NCBI GenBank assembly: GCA_030248215.1
Contig: JASANG010003092.1
Span: 434,001 to 498,000 of the forward strand
From: Enoplolaimus lenunculus
Taxonomy: Eukaryota
DNA length: 64,000 nucleotides
Reading direction: 5' to 3'
The notes beneath the pieces are model-generated. The model did no database searches and was not told where the DNA came from. It saw nothing but the letters and a program-made list of their open reading frames with translations. The position numbers were made by a program, and so were the translations under genes. This document shows, in pieces, positions 41,391-54,300 of this stretch. Positions within the stretch are counted from its first letter, which is position 1, and each line of letters begins with the position of its first letter.

Positions 41391-44287
41391 ATGGCATCTG
41401 GCCTTGAAACATATGTAAACAGTAAGTAAGGTGGCGCTAAATAGCAAATTGTATTAGCCTTTTTAGAGATGTGCTGACTGCTGATACCAAATTTTTACCG
41501 ATATATAGTAATACCGATACCGGTACGACGTAGTGTGCCGGGGCCATACGGCACCATTGACGAAACCAGAAAAACATTTACCTAATTGCTCGAATGCTAC
41601 ATGAAAAAAATTTAAAACGACTTCACCACATAGCAAACATTGCTGCTGTGTAAACTTGTTTTTAAACACTAAAATGTCGTGTGAAACAATATCATTAAAA
41701 CGGTACCGTACTCCATGGTACGTGCTTACGTAAAAGGTACATAAAATTTTAAGTTTAGTGGTTTTTGCCTAGCCCGGGCCCGGCTCCGGGACCGGTATAA
41801 ATCCTGGCCCCAGGACATCTCTTGTAGATATACGTATACGTAATACGATTATATATTTTAATACACGGTGTGCTTAGAATAAGGTGCGCTGGTATCTACC
41901 AGCAAGTGGACTTGAAAGACTTTCATTTCACTGCTGAACTGCAAAAAGTTGATTCCTTCAATCTTCCATAAACTACGAACTACGTCCGTACGTACTAAAT
42001 GCGTCCTTCATGTTTTGACTCAAAATGGGCTACGATGTAATGTGGCCGGGTATATATTCCGTTAGAAATCGTGTCTATTTCCGTTCTATAAATAATTGAA
42101 GTTGTGTTGTATTGTGCCCATATTTAATTGTAAATCAATCAGAGAAGACCTCTTAACTAAGCAGCTGGAAAAGCGGGCTAGAGCGGGGATCGAACTCTCA
42201 GCCTATGAACCCTTAAGCGAGCACTCTAGTACTGCGCCACGCAGCCCGCCTCTCCGACTCCTTCTGTCGTCGACTATATGGCGACAGTACGCTGCCGGCA
42301 AGCATACTACACAATCTTCATTGCATATATATTGCACAAGCACCAGGACAAGCATGTCTCACATGCTTACAATTATATTATTTGTCAATGCAGATATGCT
42401 GCTATTGTTCGATTTGGTCTAAAAATAACAGAATTCATCCAAACTCAACAATATATGGAATTCAATTTTTTGTAAGATTTTAGAATAAATATCCGGCAGC
42501 CGTCAGATTATAATACCGGAGACAGATGTCGATTTTTTGCCGGCGCCGGATATTCGGTTGAACCCTACTGCGATCAGGGATCGACCAAATATCCGGTTCC
42601 GGTTTAATACCGGGCAAAACCGTCGTTTGGTTAGGGTAAAACGTTTACTATACGGTAAAATTAATATCGGATCGATCTCCGTTGCCGACTTCGATACTCA
42701 ATCAAGTTCCGATTATTGTTGATACCATTGCCGATTAATCGGTGCACTCTTAACTCTTAAGTAAGTATGTTGTCAGATTAAAGTTTTATCCGAGACCGCC
42801 CATCTTTGGCCATAACTATTTACAGCTAAGTTATATATAACAGCTAAAAATTTTCTGAAATTTTTGTTTTCCGGCCTCAGAAGCACGAAGTTATGCGTTC
42901 GTTTGTAGTTAGTTGGAAATTGTCTACCCCAGACACCGCTTCTTGTTTTAACTTTGACAACTAGGTATATACGTATTTCGTGTTGATATGATGGCAGCAG
43001 GGCGCACCGAATGCACGAGTTGACCGAATCTGAATCCATTGCTGATTTGCCGAATTCGAATTCAAGGCTAGCCAAATTTCTGATAGAAAAACTAAAAACA
43101 TATTATTCTAGCAAAACTGCTATGTTAAGTAAACAACAATTATTTCGTGCCTGACCTCAGTTCTGAGACTTTTGACCTGAAACAAAAAATATTGGCTTAT
43201 ATATTAGAAGCTATTTAAAATTTTACCGTTTAAAATGCAAACTTATATTACCGGCCATTGTCGAATTCGGCTTTTGGATGCGGTTTTTTCATAACCCAAT
43301 CCGAACCGTAAATATATATTTACTGAACTTAAATCCGAACTTACGTTGTCACCCGGGATCGCAGTGCTGTTTACACTCTCGAAAGTTGCAGCATAATTAA
43401 TACAAATTTTTGTTTTAGAAGTGATCTCAGTTCTGACTGGCGACGGAAGAAGCATTGTGGTATGAAAACTTTGTATTAAATTCCAACTAAAATTTAAATC
43501 AGTATCGGATCTAAACTCGAAGTTTACAAAATTGCAATTGGTTATTGTTCTTGTTAATAGATCTGGTACACTTCAAACAAATTTTATTATATTTTTAACA
43601 CTAACATGAAATATTAGTATGTCGTGTATACAGGATGAAAAATCCAGACAACCATTAATTTTAGGGAACATTGAAAGGATTTGACCAGACAATTAATCTT
43701 GTTTTGGACGACAGTCACGAGCGTGTGTTCAGTCCAAGTGCTGGAATCGAACAAGTCCCGCTTGGATTATATATCATACGCGGTGATAACGTGTAAGTAA
43801 TAAAGTATATAATGTTAATTTATAAACTGACAGCATATTCTGTGTCCTTAATTGAATAAGTTCCTGTAAATGATTATGTTACAATAACGTGTTGATCATT
43901 GTGGTGTGTTTTTAGAACACTGTTTTTGCTCCACGGTCCCTTCTGTAGCGAGTTATTGCTAATGATGATTTGCGTTGGAAAAGCTAGCCATTTTTGTATG
44001 CATAAACTGAAACGATTGTTGTTTGGACCGGCGAACTTCTGATTTGGTTGCATAGCCGAGTATTTTGAGATTTAGAGCAGCGAGCTGGTGACCTGTACGT
44101 CATGGTTCGAGCTGCACAGCATTTGAGGCTAAATTTTCGCGAAATATAGTTGCACTTAACTTAGAATTGAATATTGTTTTTGTTTTTGCTCAGAGCGGTA
44201 ATTGGGGAAATCGACGAAGACATTGATAACCGTTTGGATCTCACAAACATCAAAGCTGAACCGCTTGCCGCTATCTGGACATATTAA
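41391..44287 (+). CDS. LSM8: U6 snRNA-associated Sm-like protein LSm8, 97 aa
   Basis: Exons 41391-41421, 43419-43459, 43665-43792, 44194-44287 splice (GT-AG) to MASGLETYVNKVISVLTGDGRSIVGTLKGFDQTINLVLDDSHERVFSPSAGIEQVPLGLYIIRGDNVAVIGEIDEDIDNRLDLTNIKAEPLAAIWTY*. Not present in the ORF track. Confidence 0.97.
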
Positions 44288-45269
44288 ACATTTTGCATTT
44301 TATATAGGTATTGAATAAGAAACATAATGTGGCGTATTGGGACATGGACAAGCATTGTTGGCATAATTGCACGCTAGTCACAATGCATAGAGTGACCTAA
44401 ACAAACCAAAAACTTATCGCAGATGCTCCGTACGCTCTTCCATATTACTGTTACAAACGTGAACGTATGTAGTACAACTCAAAGCTAACATAATTTTGTA
44501 CGGTGTGAAATTTTCGTGTTGGACAACGTTACTCCGTGCGATTATGGGGAATGTCGAAGCTGGTTTACAAATGGTACCGCGTTGCCAAATAAGATACAAA
44601 TGTGTGAATAGAATGGGTACTGGTGATTGAAACTGGAATACGGCTGACGAATAAAAATAAATTTTAAGAAACGCGAAGTGCTTCGCCGGACACCGCAGCA
44701 CTGCACATCTAAATTTTCTTTCATTTGAAACGCAGGGATGCGTACTCAGGAGACGCGCGTTGGCCCATAGTGTCTTGCTGTGGTTGATGACACCGCGGTA
44801 AAAAAAATCTGATATTTTGTGTTTTGGATCAGTTTCCATATTTTTTGTTCTTGTTGTACCCTTTTTCTTGAGATTACCCTTTATCACGTGATTATTAAGC
44901 CAGGTTTTGAATCATAGTCTTTTGAGAGGGAGATGCTTAGAATCACCACTCGGCTATATAAGCTTGACGGAACCCAAATTGCACTCATGTCTCGTGGAGA
45001 TTTTAGTACACATACGTGTTGTAATTTGTTAAACGTTGCTCAAAGTCTACTTTATGTGAAAAGAGGTTATAAGCAGGTATTTATTGAAATTTTCTCCAAG
45101 AACCGTTTCTCATATGAATATTTACTATTACGTATAAGAACTATTTTAATCCAGGATTTGAATCGCAGCCTGTTGGGTGGGAGAGGTTTACCATTACCAC
45201 TGAGCTATAAGAGCTTGACCCTGGAAGCCAAGGACGCCCTCGATTTTTTGCTGTAAATACATGGAGTAC

Positions 45270-45540
45270 TTAACCCCTTCTCACATTGAGTTGCCTGTAG
45301 GCAACTCAGCGCAGTGCATATACGTTAAATAATATATATCGCACCGTGTTTAACAATTTCAACACGTATGCATAGTACTAAATCACGACAAGACGTGAGA
45401 GCCCCCTCGGGCTCGAGTGTCAAGCTCCTATAGCTGAGTGGTGATTTTATACGCCTCTTACTCCAGTCACTGGAGTTCGAATCATAGCATAAAAGTAGGT
45501 GTCAGGGGAAATAAAAAATATTCATGTGAGAAAGGGTTAA
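45270..45540 (+). mobile_element. piggyBac-like MITE with internal tRNA-like A/B boxes
   Basis: TTAA-ccccttctcacat ... atgtgagaaaggg-TTAA; internal tagctgagtgg and gagttcgaatc. Confidence 0.75.
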
Positions 45541-46028
45541 TACTATTAAACGTTCCACATTGTGGGTTAATTTGCTTATATGTATTGCTATAAGTTTTAA
45601 GTTTATTTTATGTGAGAAGGGGTTAGTAGGTTCCGACCAAAAAGCATACAAGCTTTTGTGTATTTCCATGTGTTTTAAATGCTGGTTACTCTTGCGTTGA
45701 TAAATCTTGATACAAAAAGCTGCGGTTAACTAAGCTAAATTAGTATATTGTTCATTGCAACCAGAATTGAGAAGTACGGGTTTTGGAATTCAGAACATTT
45801 GTCAAATTCGGGGTTCATAGTTTGGTGCACTAAAGTGGCTAGTTAATTTTGTTCCTTATTGCATCAATCTATACTTAAATAAGCGTCAGACTTTCTTTAT
45901 TTAATTTCTTGTAGGAACACAGGGTACAAAAATGCATCAAAAATATTAAACATAACTTTCAAACGGATGCACCATTCGATAACTATATAAAAAAGATTCC
46001 TGGTAATTTGAGTAGTCTTAGGTAATTC

Positions 46029-46199
46029 GGCCCATGTATAGAACAGGGCCGGATCGTTTTCCGGAGGGGCTATAATAGAGTCAGTTTAAGCTTTAGACTA
46101 TTTTTTGTTTAGGAATAGGAATAGGCTCATCCATGCGCTTAGGCTTAGGCTTAGGAATATGCTTATACTACTGTTCCGGCCCTGTTCTATACATAGGCC
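46029..46199. mobile_element. GGCC-ended MITE carrying TTAGGC repeats
   Basis: ~25-bp TIR ggcccatgtatagaacagggccgga, 8-bp TSD ggtaattc, internal ttaggcttaggcttagg. Confidence 0.85.
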
Positions 46200-47583
46200 G
46201 GTAATTCTTAGAAATAATTTACGTTCGTACTAATAAACTTTCCAAATGTTTTCAATTTTACTGCTAATTTTATGAGTGGATAAACTAGAACAATTCAGCA
46301 AGGTTGTGAATGAACGTAATTTTGACTCGTTTTTTATAATTTGATTAAGAAATGAGTCAAAAAAGTCTGCAACACCAGTGAGTGCGATGATTGTAGAAGG
46401 GGACCGGATGTGTATTCGAAATAAATTTCTGGATGTATTCGAAATGCTACTGTGTAAAAAAATTTTGGTACTTGCATTGTTTCATCACGAAAGTATTTAT
46501 AGCTGGAGATGACGAAGAAAATTCTGTACACAAACCGTCAAAATTGATGACTTACGGCACTGTACCGCAAAGCGCATGAATTTGTATACATGGCATCGCG
46601 TAACAATTATAAAATTTTTTAACTTGCGGGTCCGTACGGCGTCGGGCGTCTACGCACAACAAGTATAGCGCCACCCTTATCTATTGCAAAATTAAAATTT
46701 TTGTATCTTGCAAAATTTAGGTGCTAACTGTTAACATGTGTTAGCTTATATATAATTGTTCCGGTTACACACAATAAACAGCTTCGTTCGTTTGATGGAA
46801 AAAGAGCTCAGTTTTCGTTTTTATTTTTAATCAGAAGTAATTAAAAAATCAATAGTAAATTAGATGCGCTAAACCGTTCATCCAACGCAAAGCATGACGC
46901 AATGCAACTCAATTCGTCGCTTTTTTACACAGTAATATATACATGAATTAGAAGATTTCTGATGTACTAAGGTACTCGTAACTGAAGTACCTACATATTG
47001 ATTGAGCAATGTTTAATGTAACACAATATGTCCCGTATTATATAGGTTATGCCATCCGATTATTCATTTCGTTCTTCATACGGCTTCCCTCGTCTTGGAT
47101 TACGCATCGAAATTTGTGAGATAAAAGTAAGATATGCCCGGACTTTCTGTTATGTGAAAGTTATTTGATCTATTGTCACGCTTTTCACTATCACGAAATC
47201 GCTCTGTGGCATGCTATTTTCAAAACCATTTTCTCAAACGCACACTATTAGATAATTGAAACGATTTTCTTCTTTAAGTCCCATGTTAAGTATTCTAATT
47301 CACTTTTTTGTTTTTATGCGCTTAACGAAACATGGGCTTTCGGAACATCTCTGCTGTGAAATCGAAATACCAGTTGTCCCAAAACGTTTTAGCCATCGAC
47401 GAGTCTATTGCTTCAGTTGCTTAGATATCGTTTCATATCATGTCAGCTTGAAATCGAGCTTCAACGTAAATGTAAAAGTCGGATGTAGCCAATGTTGTAT
47501 CACGGATGTGCGGGTCCGGTACAATGCATTCTAATGGCTATAAACCCCATATACTAGATCAACAGTTTGCTGCCAGTAATCGT

Positions 47584-47802
47584 GGCCCATGTAAAGATCA
47601 ATGGCGGAACGTTTTTCTGTCGGACTAGAATAGAGTAAGCTTAAGCTTTAGACTAATTTTTTGTTTGGCTTAGGCTTTACGAATAAACTCATTCTTGCGC
47701 TTAGGCTTAGAAATAAACTCATTCTTGCGCTAGGCGTAGGGTCAGGCTTAGGCTTAGGAATATGCTTATAATGCTGTTCCCTCCCTCTTGTTTACATTTG
47801 CC
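47584..47802. mobile_element. GGCC-ended MITE carrying TTAGGC repeats
   Basis: ggcccatgtaaa...tttacatttgcc, 8-bp TSD gtaatcgt; interior homologous to 46029. Confidence 0.8.
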
Positions 47803-48350
47803 GTAATCGTTTCATGCTGAATAGCTAAGCTGTGTACGGTAGTTTTGTACAGGGGTATGGTTGGTGTTGAAATCTATATTTATGCGCATAGTTTACGTAA
47901 TGCATCTATTGTGTTGTTATAATCTCCATATACTTAAATTGAATAGTAAATTTGTCTGTTTCATAGTATAAATATATTCGGTTCCATCTTTTTTTCGCTA
48001 AATCCCGTGTTGTAAGTGTATGCCTTTTCCCCGGATTTTGGCCGCCTCACATGTGGTAAGTCCACGACTTCTGCTGAGAGTAGAACGAAACACCAGTCTG
48101 AGTGTTGCAGTTTGTTGGCCGAATCCGTCTGACAAATTTATTAAATTGCCAAGTTGTAAACGCTAGTATAGTGTAATCTATACGGTTTCGTCAGTTGTTG
48201 GCAACTTTCAGCTAGTATGTTTATGCGAACCACAGTTTATTTGCCGTTGTTTCCGTACGATTTTGGCAATTTTCAGGTGTAAAACGCTGTTTCTGTTATA
48301 GAAGCTAACTCCCGCAGGTTGTTCGCCAATATGTCCATCAGACGTATATG

Positions 48351-51300
48351 CTAAATTGCCAAACTATGCACTGAAAGTCGCTCAAAATCATCGTCACGCC
48401 TTGGTAATCGTTCGCGTACAGACCGGACCAGCGGGACTGCTGTACGATTTGCGTGCTCAATCAGTGTTTGAACTGTGTTGTGACGACTCATGCGCCGTTT
48501 GCGGCGACGTTTACTGCCGCCGTTGTTGGCCTGCGTTGGCCGAGTATCGCCAGCAAACGCTACTGTTTGGCGATGTGTGCTTGGCGCTTGATCACCGTCT
48601 GTTGCGCTGTCAGTATCGGTTACGCGACCAGCCCGCGTGACGGCTGCTGTAGCGCCGCTGCGTTGCAATCGTGATTTGTTGATTTGGTCCTGTGACAATT
48701 ACAAAAACACTTTTAGAAACGTTGCTCTAAGCCTAAAGCCTTGAACTGAGGATCAGTAAATCGATGAATTGAAAGAAATTTAAAAATTGTAAAATCTTTG
48801 CTTACTCGGGGTAGGAGAAATTTTTTCAGGTTGCGTTGACATTTTCAACTTCGAATGGTATTTTTGATTTTGCGTTCATACTTTAATTTCGACGAAAAGC
48901 GCTGTTATTTTGCGTATCACTAGCGATAGCTTACATACGTATATTTCAGTGTTTTAATTGAACCCTTATTCTCGTGCTCGTGTATAAGCGATTTGACTCA
49001 CTGGTTTGTTAAATAGTTTTGAATTAGCCAAGGCTTAATTTGAGTTGAAATTTAGGTTGCTTAGCTTCATTATGTACGATTTCAAACGTATCATAGAAAG
49101 AATGTCCATCGTTTTCATGACATTCAGCTCTTTTCTATTCAACTAAATCCTTCATATATATTTATAGTTACATTAATTACAACAACGGTGTCTTTCTTTC
49201 GAATTGTTTCCAACGTCGCGATTTTCGGCATTTGTTCCATAATTCGACTGGATGCTTTTGTGTGAGGCAGCTTTGGTTCAGGCATCGACATAAATATATC
49301 TTCTGAAATTTGGACGGAACAACTCTTAAACTTTAGTTCCCTTACTATTCAAGGTTTAACCGGAATTGTAAATGCCGGTACTGGAATAGGTAAGTGAAAA
49401 AAATATCAAAGCCGGAAAACAAAAAATTTGTTACCGAAAAAGTCATTTTTAACGCTATTTTATCGATTTTAATGGTGTATACACACCATTTCGAATGTTA
49501 AAATGCTGTAACAAATGCAGTAACAGGAAATGTATGATAGATTTTGAAGTATGACACAATTTGAAAATTTTAGAAATACACGCTTAGACAGATATAGAAA
49601 AAGTAAGTTAGAATAATATGTCAATTTTTGTTAAATGTTTGGATGAGAAAAATTTTCAATGCCAAAAATAGCGGAAAACTCCGGTGAAAAATAGCGTATT
49701 TGTTACCGGAACCGGATAGTGAAAATTACCGGACTACCCTACCGGAACCGGAATTCCGGTTGCACCCTGGTTACTTTATGTGTCTTTATATAAAAATTAA
49801 ATGTGGTTCCACGAGATACTGAACTTTCAGATGTAACTTATTCATAAATCACAATATTACGCACTGAAACAGCTGAATTCCTAGATTTCAACAATGTTTA
49901 ATGATTGAGAAAAAAACGGTTTCGATACTAAAATAGCTTTTTGGCAAAATGCTAAACGCGTTTATTTAAATAGCATTTTACTGTACATTTTCGATTGATT
50001 TTGTAGTTCCTTTGCGTACGAAACACCGTTTTGCAAGACGCTATTTGATTCAGCGAAAACATCCTCTTTTGAAACATGCTGGTTGAAACACGAAAAGCGG
50101 TTCAAACAGCGTTGTATTTTAGTCATGATTTCTTAGATCGAAAACGAACGTACCAACGATAGGCGGACGCGGTTTGTGTTCGCCGTCGACAATTGCCATC
50201 GCAACTTTGATGTGACGATCAAGAATTGCGTTCAGTTCAAAATCATCATCGTCTTCACCGAATGGATGCATGATGTACTGGCCGACCTGTATGCACAGTG
50301 CTGAAATGTGTTGATCATGTTGTCGAGAACATTGCGCGGTTTTTACAAATCTTTGTGTAATGCTGTATCGGCAGTTGTCGAAAATCGCGCATTGTGTTCG
50401 CATTTAACAAAAGGCTTCCATGGCTATGATTCCGCTTCTCGTTCTTTGTTTCGTCTCATTTATTTTCTGTTATACTGTATTGACCCGAATAAGAGGGGAG
50501 GGGTAATAAGAGGGGGGTCCCCATTTAGAGTACCAATCAATAGGAGTCCGTATCCCTAATAAGAGTCCGTAAGCGGATAGAGTCCCTAAAGCCTAATTAG
50601 AGTCCATAAATGACAATTATCTCTAATTGTAGCACATAAATGACTCCAGAATTAAATTAAGTTGAGTTCGAAACTTAAAGCGTACTTAAGTTTTGAAAGT
50701 ACATTCGTAAGTATAACCTTGCATTATCGATCAAGCTATTGACACAAGGCAAATAAACGTTAATTCAGTGGATGGTTGCAGTACCAGATATATTACAGTA
50801 ACGAAGGATGGCGGAGCGTGGGTTAAAAATAAATAAGAGTCCATAACCGAATAACAGGGAAAATACTCTCTGGAGAGGCCAAATAAATACTAGTCCTCGC
50901 CCTGTTATTCGGGTCACTACAGTACATAGCTGTGCTAAGCTTTTGTTCACAAAATAGTATAGTTTTTAGTTTAATAGCTATTGACCGGTATTATACCAAC
51001 ATATATTATTTTTTCTGTAGTCAAGTTTTTTTCATAAAATTTTGCCATCATGTGAGGCGTCAATTATCATTGGTGGTACTAGCTTCGCGGTTTACTTAAT
51101 GGTAACGAACACGGTTACATGGCGGTAAATCCTACACTATACTGGACTCAATTTTATTAATCACTTGGGTGTTTTACTTGAAAATAATTTTGGTAAATTT
51201 AGAAGAAAAAGCAAATAGTTCATGTATTTCTGGATTCTGCATCTTATTATGTGATTGACGTTATAGCGTTAGCAACTGATTTGAACCGCATCATTACTAA

Positions 51301-54300
51301 CGGATACGTGTAATATTTAAGGGCTATAAGGATTACAAAACGGTTGACTTTGATTATTGTGCCAGAGTCAAACCAGTATAGTTTATTAAGCGATACGTTG
51401 TACTATGCCTGTGAGCTAAAACACCTAAGACCTCGAAAGGCCTATTTTCGGCAATTGTTCGTTTTCTACGAAAGTCCCTGCGGATTACTAATCCTGGTTA
51501 ACATGAACCGAAGAACCCACAGTGTCATTAGCAAACAATGGACTGGAAATTGGTCTGTGGGTTATGGGTCAAAATTTTGGGGAATTTCGATATGTCACGA
51601 TAAGTCTTGGGTCAATATTTTACCCATACGACCCATAGCTCGGACAGCTTTGTTCTCCAGAATTTGAACGTCAGAGTGTTTTATATGAACTTATTGAATT
51701 GAGCAGATATTTTGAGCCATGGGTCGTTGGTTATATGTTTTGTGGATCAATTGCCCATGGTTCTTATCGAGTCACAGGTGACACATCGTGACCCATTTCC
51801 ATCTGTGACAGAGAATTCAACTAGCGAATCACTATATAGCAATGATAATACTTACTTTGAGCCATCCAACGTAAAAAATAAACTGGAGCGTTGTGAATAT
51901 TGGAACATAAAAGTCAATTTCGAATCCAGGTACATTGAACCGAGGGTCGATAAATTGACGGCCGAGAAGGCAGAACAGAAAATAGCTGTAGGTTGCAATT
52001 GCTGCGCATTGCGTGTATGTCTGAAACAGAAACAACATATTGAAGTGGAATTTATAATCTGTTGCGATAGTTACTTGCTTTAGTATAATGCATTTTTCAC
52101 AATATATAATACCTACATATATGGACCTCGCTACAGAAAAAGCTTCTTTTTGTCTACAGAAACGCTGTGACGACTTCAATTTAAATTTTGTCCTTATTGT
52201 ACGTGACCACCTACACTTAAGGTAAATTTTAATATACTGAACGTATGTAATGTCGAAATTTGATATAAACCTATAAAACAAGATATTATATGTAGAGAGA
52301 ATGTTATTTTGAGGTTGGTCAGAAAAATGCGTATAAGCCCGGCCATTCTGCATGATGACAGGTTGCTAGGCCAGGAATAAATAAATTCTGAGGCCAGGAA
52401 TAAATAAATTCTGGACCATTTAACTCTGTTGCAGCGACAGCATCAGTTAGGAATGAAACTTTAGACACCCTAGAGATCGCTCTGATTACTAGTATTATTG
52501 AATTTAAATAAATTATCTTTTCAAGTTCGCTGAGTGTTATATACAAATCAATTGTCTCAACTTACCAGGGGGACAGACAACCAGTTGAACGAGTATAGCA
52601 ACCGGAACTTTGAACGGTACACATTGATTTGGTTCATCACATGAGAAGCCATCGGGGCGGCCAATGTGCCTTCTTCGTAGAGCATTTCTTCAATCAAACG
52701 TTGACACCAATCAATTGGAATCATCCAGTGAACAGATGAAATTTTGTTTCGCTAAAACAGTTTCACTTGTACTGTATTATTAATAAAGTTGGAACGGTCC
52801 ACATACGTATTTTGGGCAACTACTTTGTTTACAATATTTTCTCAGAACAGAAATGTGATTGTTCCCTGCGTGGCAGGAAAATTTGCATGCAAATTGTTGT
52901 GGTTTCGCTAAATTTTGCGCACTGCGCAAAGCCGGCTGATTAGTTATTAATTGTTTAACTCACAGAATATACGTATACTATGAGCAACTAATTACAAATA
53001 ATATACGAACAATACAGAGACTGTGAGCAGTGTTTAACAGTTGTAACATGTGCGCAGTGCAAAATCTGCACAAGGCGTGAAAGTCCTCGGGCTCGAGCAT
53101 CAAGCTCCTGTAGCTCAGTGGTCATCGTAAACGCCTCTCTCCCATGGGACTGAGAATCAAATGTTACCTTGAAATTGCATCTCATATCAAATTGAAAATA
53201 TTTATGTGAGAAAGAATTAATCTAAAAATTCGCAGTTCGTATGTTTAATAAAATGTCGCATTACCATCTATAGAAGTTAACATGTAAAAATTTTAAAATG
53301 GTCTTGTTACAAAGTTTAGAATTGCATGTTGCAACCGTAAACCAATACTGACATCCTACACTCTCTCGCACCGTTCCTGCTTTGACTTCATTGATGCCGC
53401 TGAGTGCATGACTGACGGCATAAATTTTTCAGAATTGTCCACCGTTAATATTCATGACAGGAATTGAAAATATTTATGTGAGAAAGAATTAATCTAAAAA
53501 TTCGCAGTTCGTATGTTTAATAAAATGTCGCATTACCATCTATAGAAGTTAACATGTAAAAATTTTAAAATGGTCTTGTTACAAAGTTTAGAATTGCAAG
53601 TTGCAACCGTAAACCAATACTGACGGCGTACACTCTCTCGCACCGTTCCTGCTTTGACTTCATTGATGCCGCTGAGTGCATGACTGACGGCATAAATTTT
53701 TCAGAATTGTCCACCGTTAATATTCATGACAGGAATTGAAAATATTTATGTGAGAAAGAATTAATCTAAAAATTCGCAGTTCGTATGTTTAATAAAATGT
53801 CGCATTACCATCTATAGAAGTTAACATGTAAAAGTTTTAAAATGGTCTTGTTACAAAGTTTAGAATTGCAAGTTGCAACCGTAAACCAATACTGACGGCG
53901 TACACTCTCTCGCACCGTTCCTGCTTTGACTTCATTGATGCCGCTGAGTGCATGACTGACGGCATAAATTTTTCAGAATTGTCCACCGTTAATATTCATG
54001 ACAGGAATTGAAAATATTTATGTGAGAAAGAATTAATCTAAAAATTCGCAGTTCGTATGTTTAATAAAATGTCGCATTACCATCTATAGAAGTTAACATG
54101 TAAAAATTTTAAAATGGTCTTGTTACAAAGTTTAGAATTGCAAGTTGCAACCGTAAACCAATACTGACGGCGTACACTCTCTTGCACCGTTCCTGTTTTG
54201 ACTTCATTGATGCCGCTGAGTGCATGACTGACGGCATAAATTTTTCAGAATTGTCCACCGTTAATATTCATGACAGGAATTGAAAATATTTATGTGAGAA

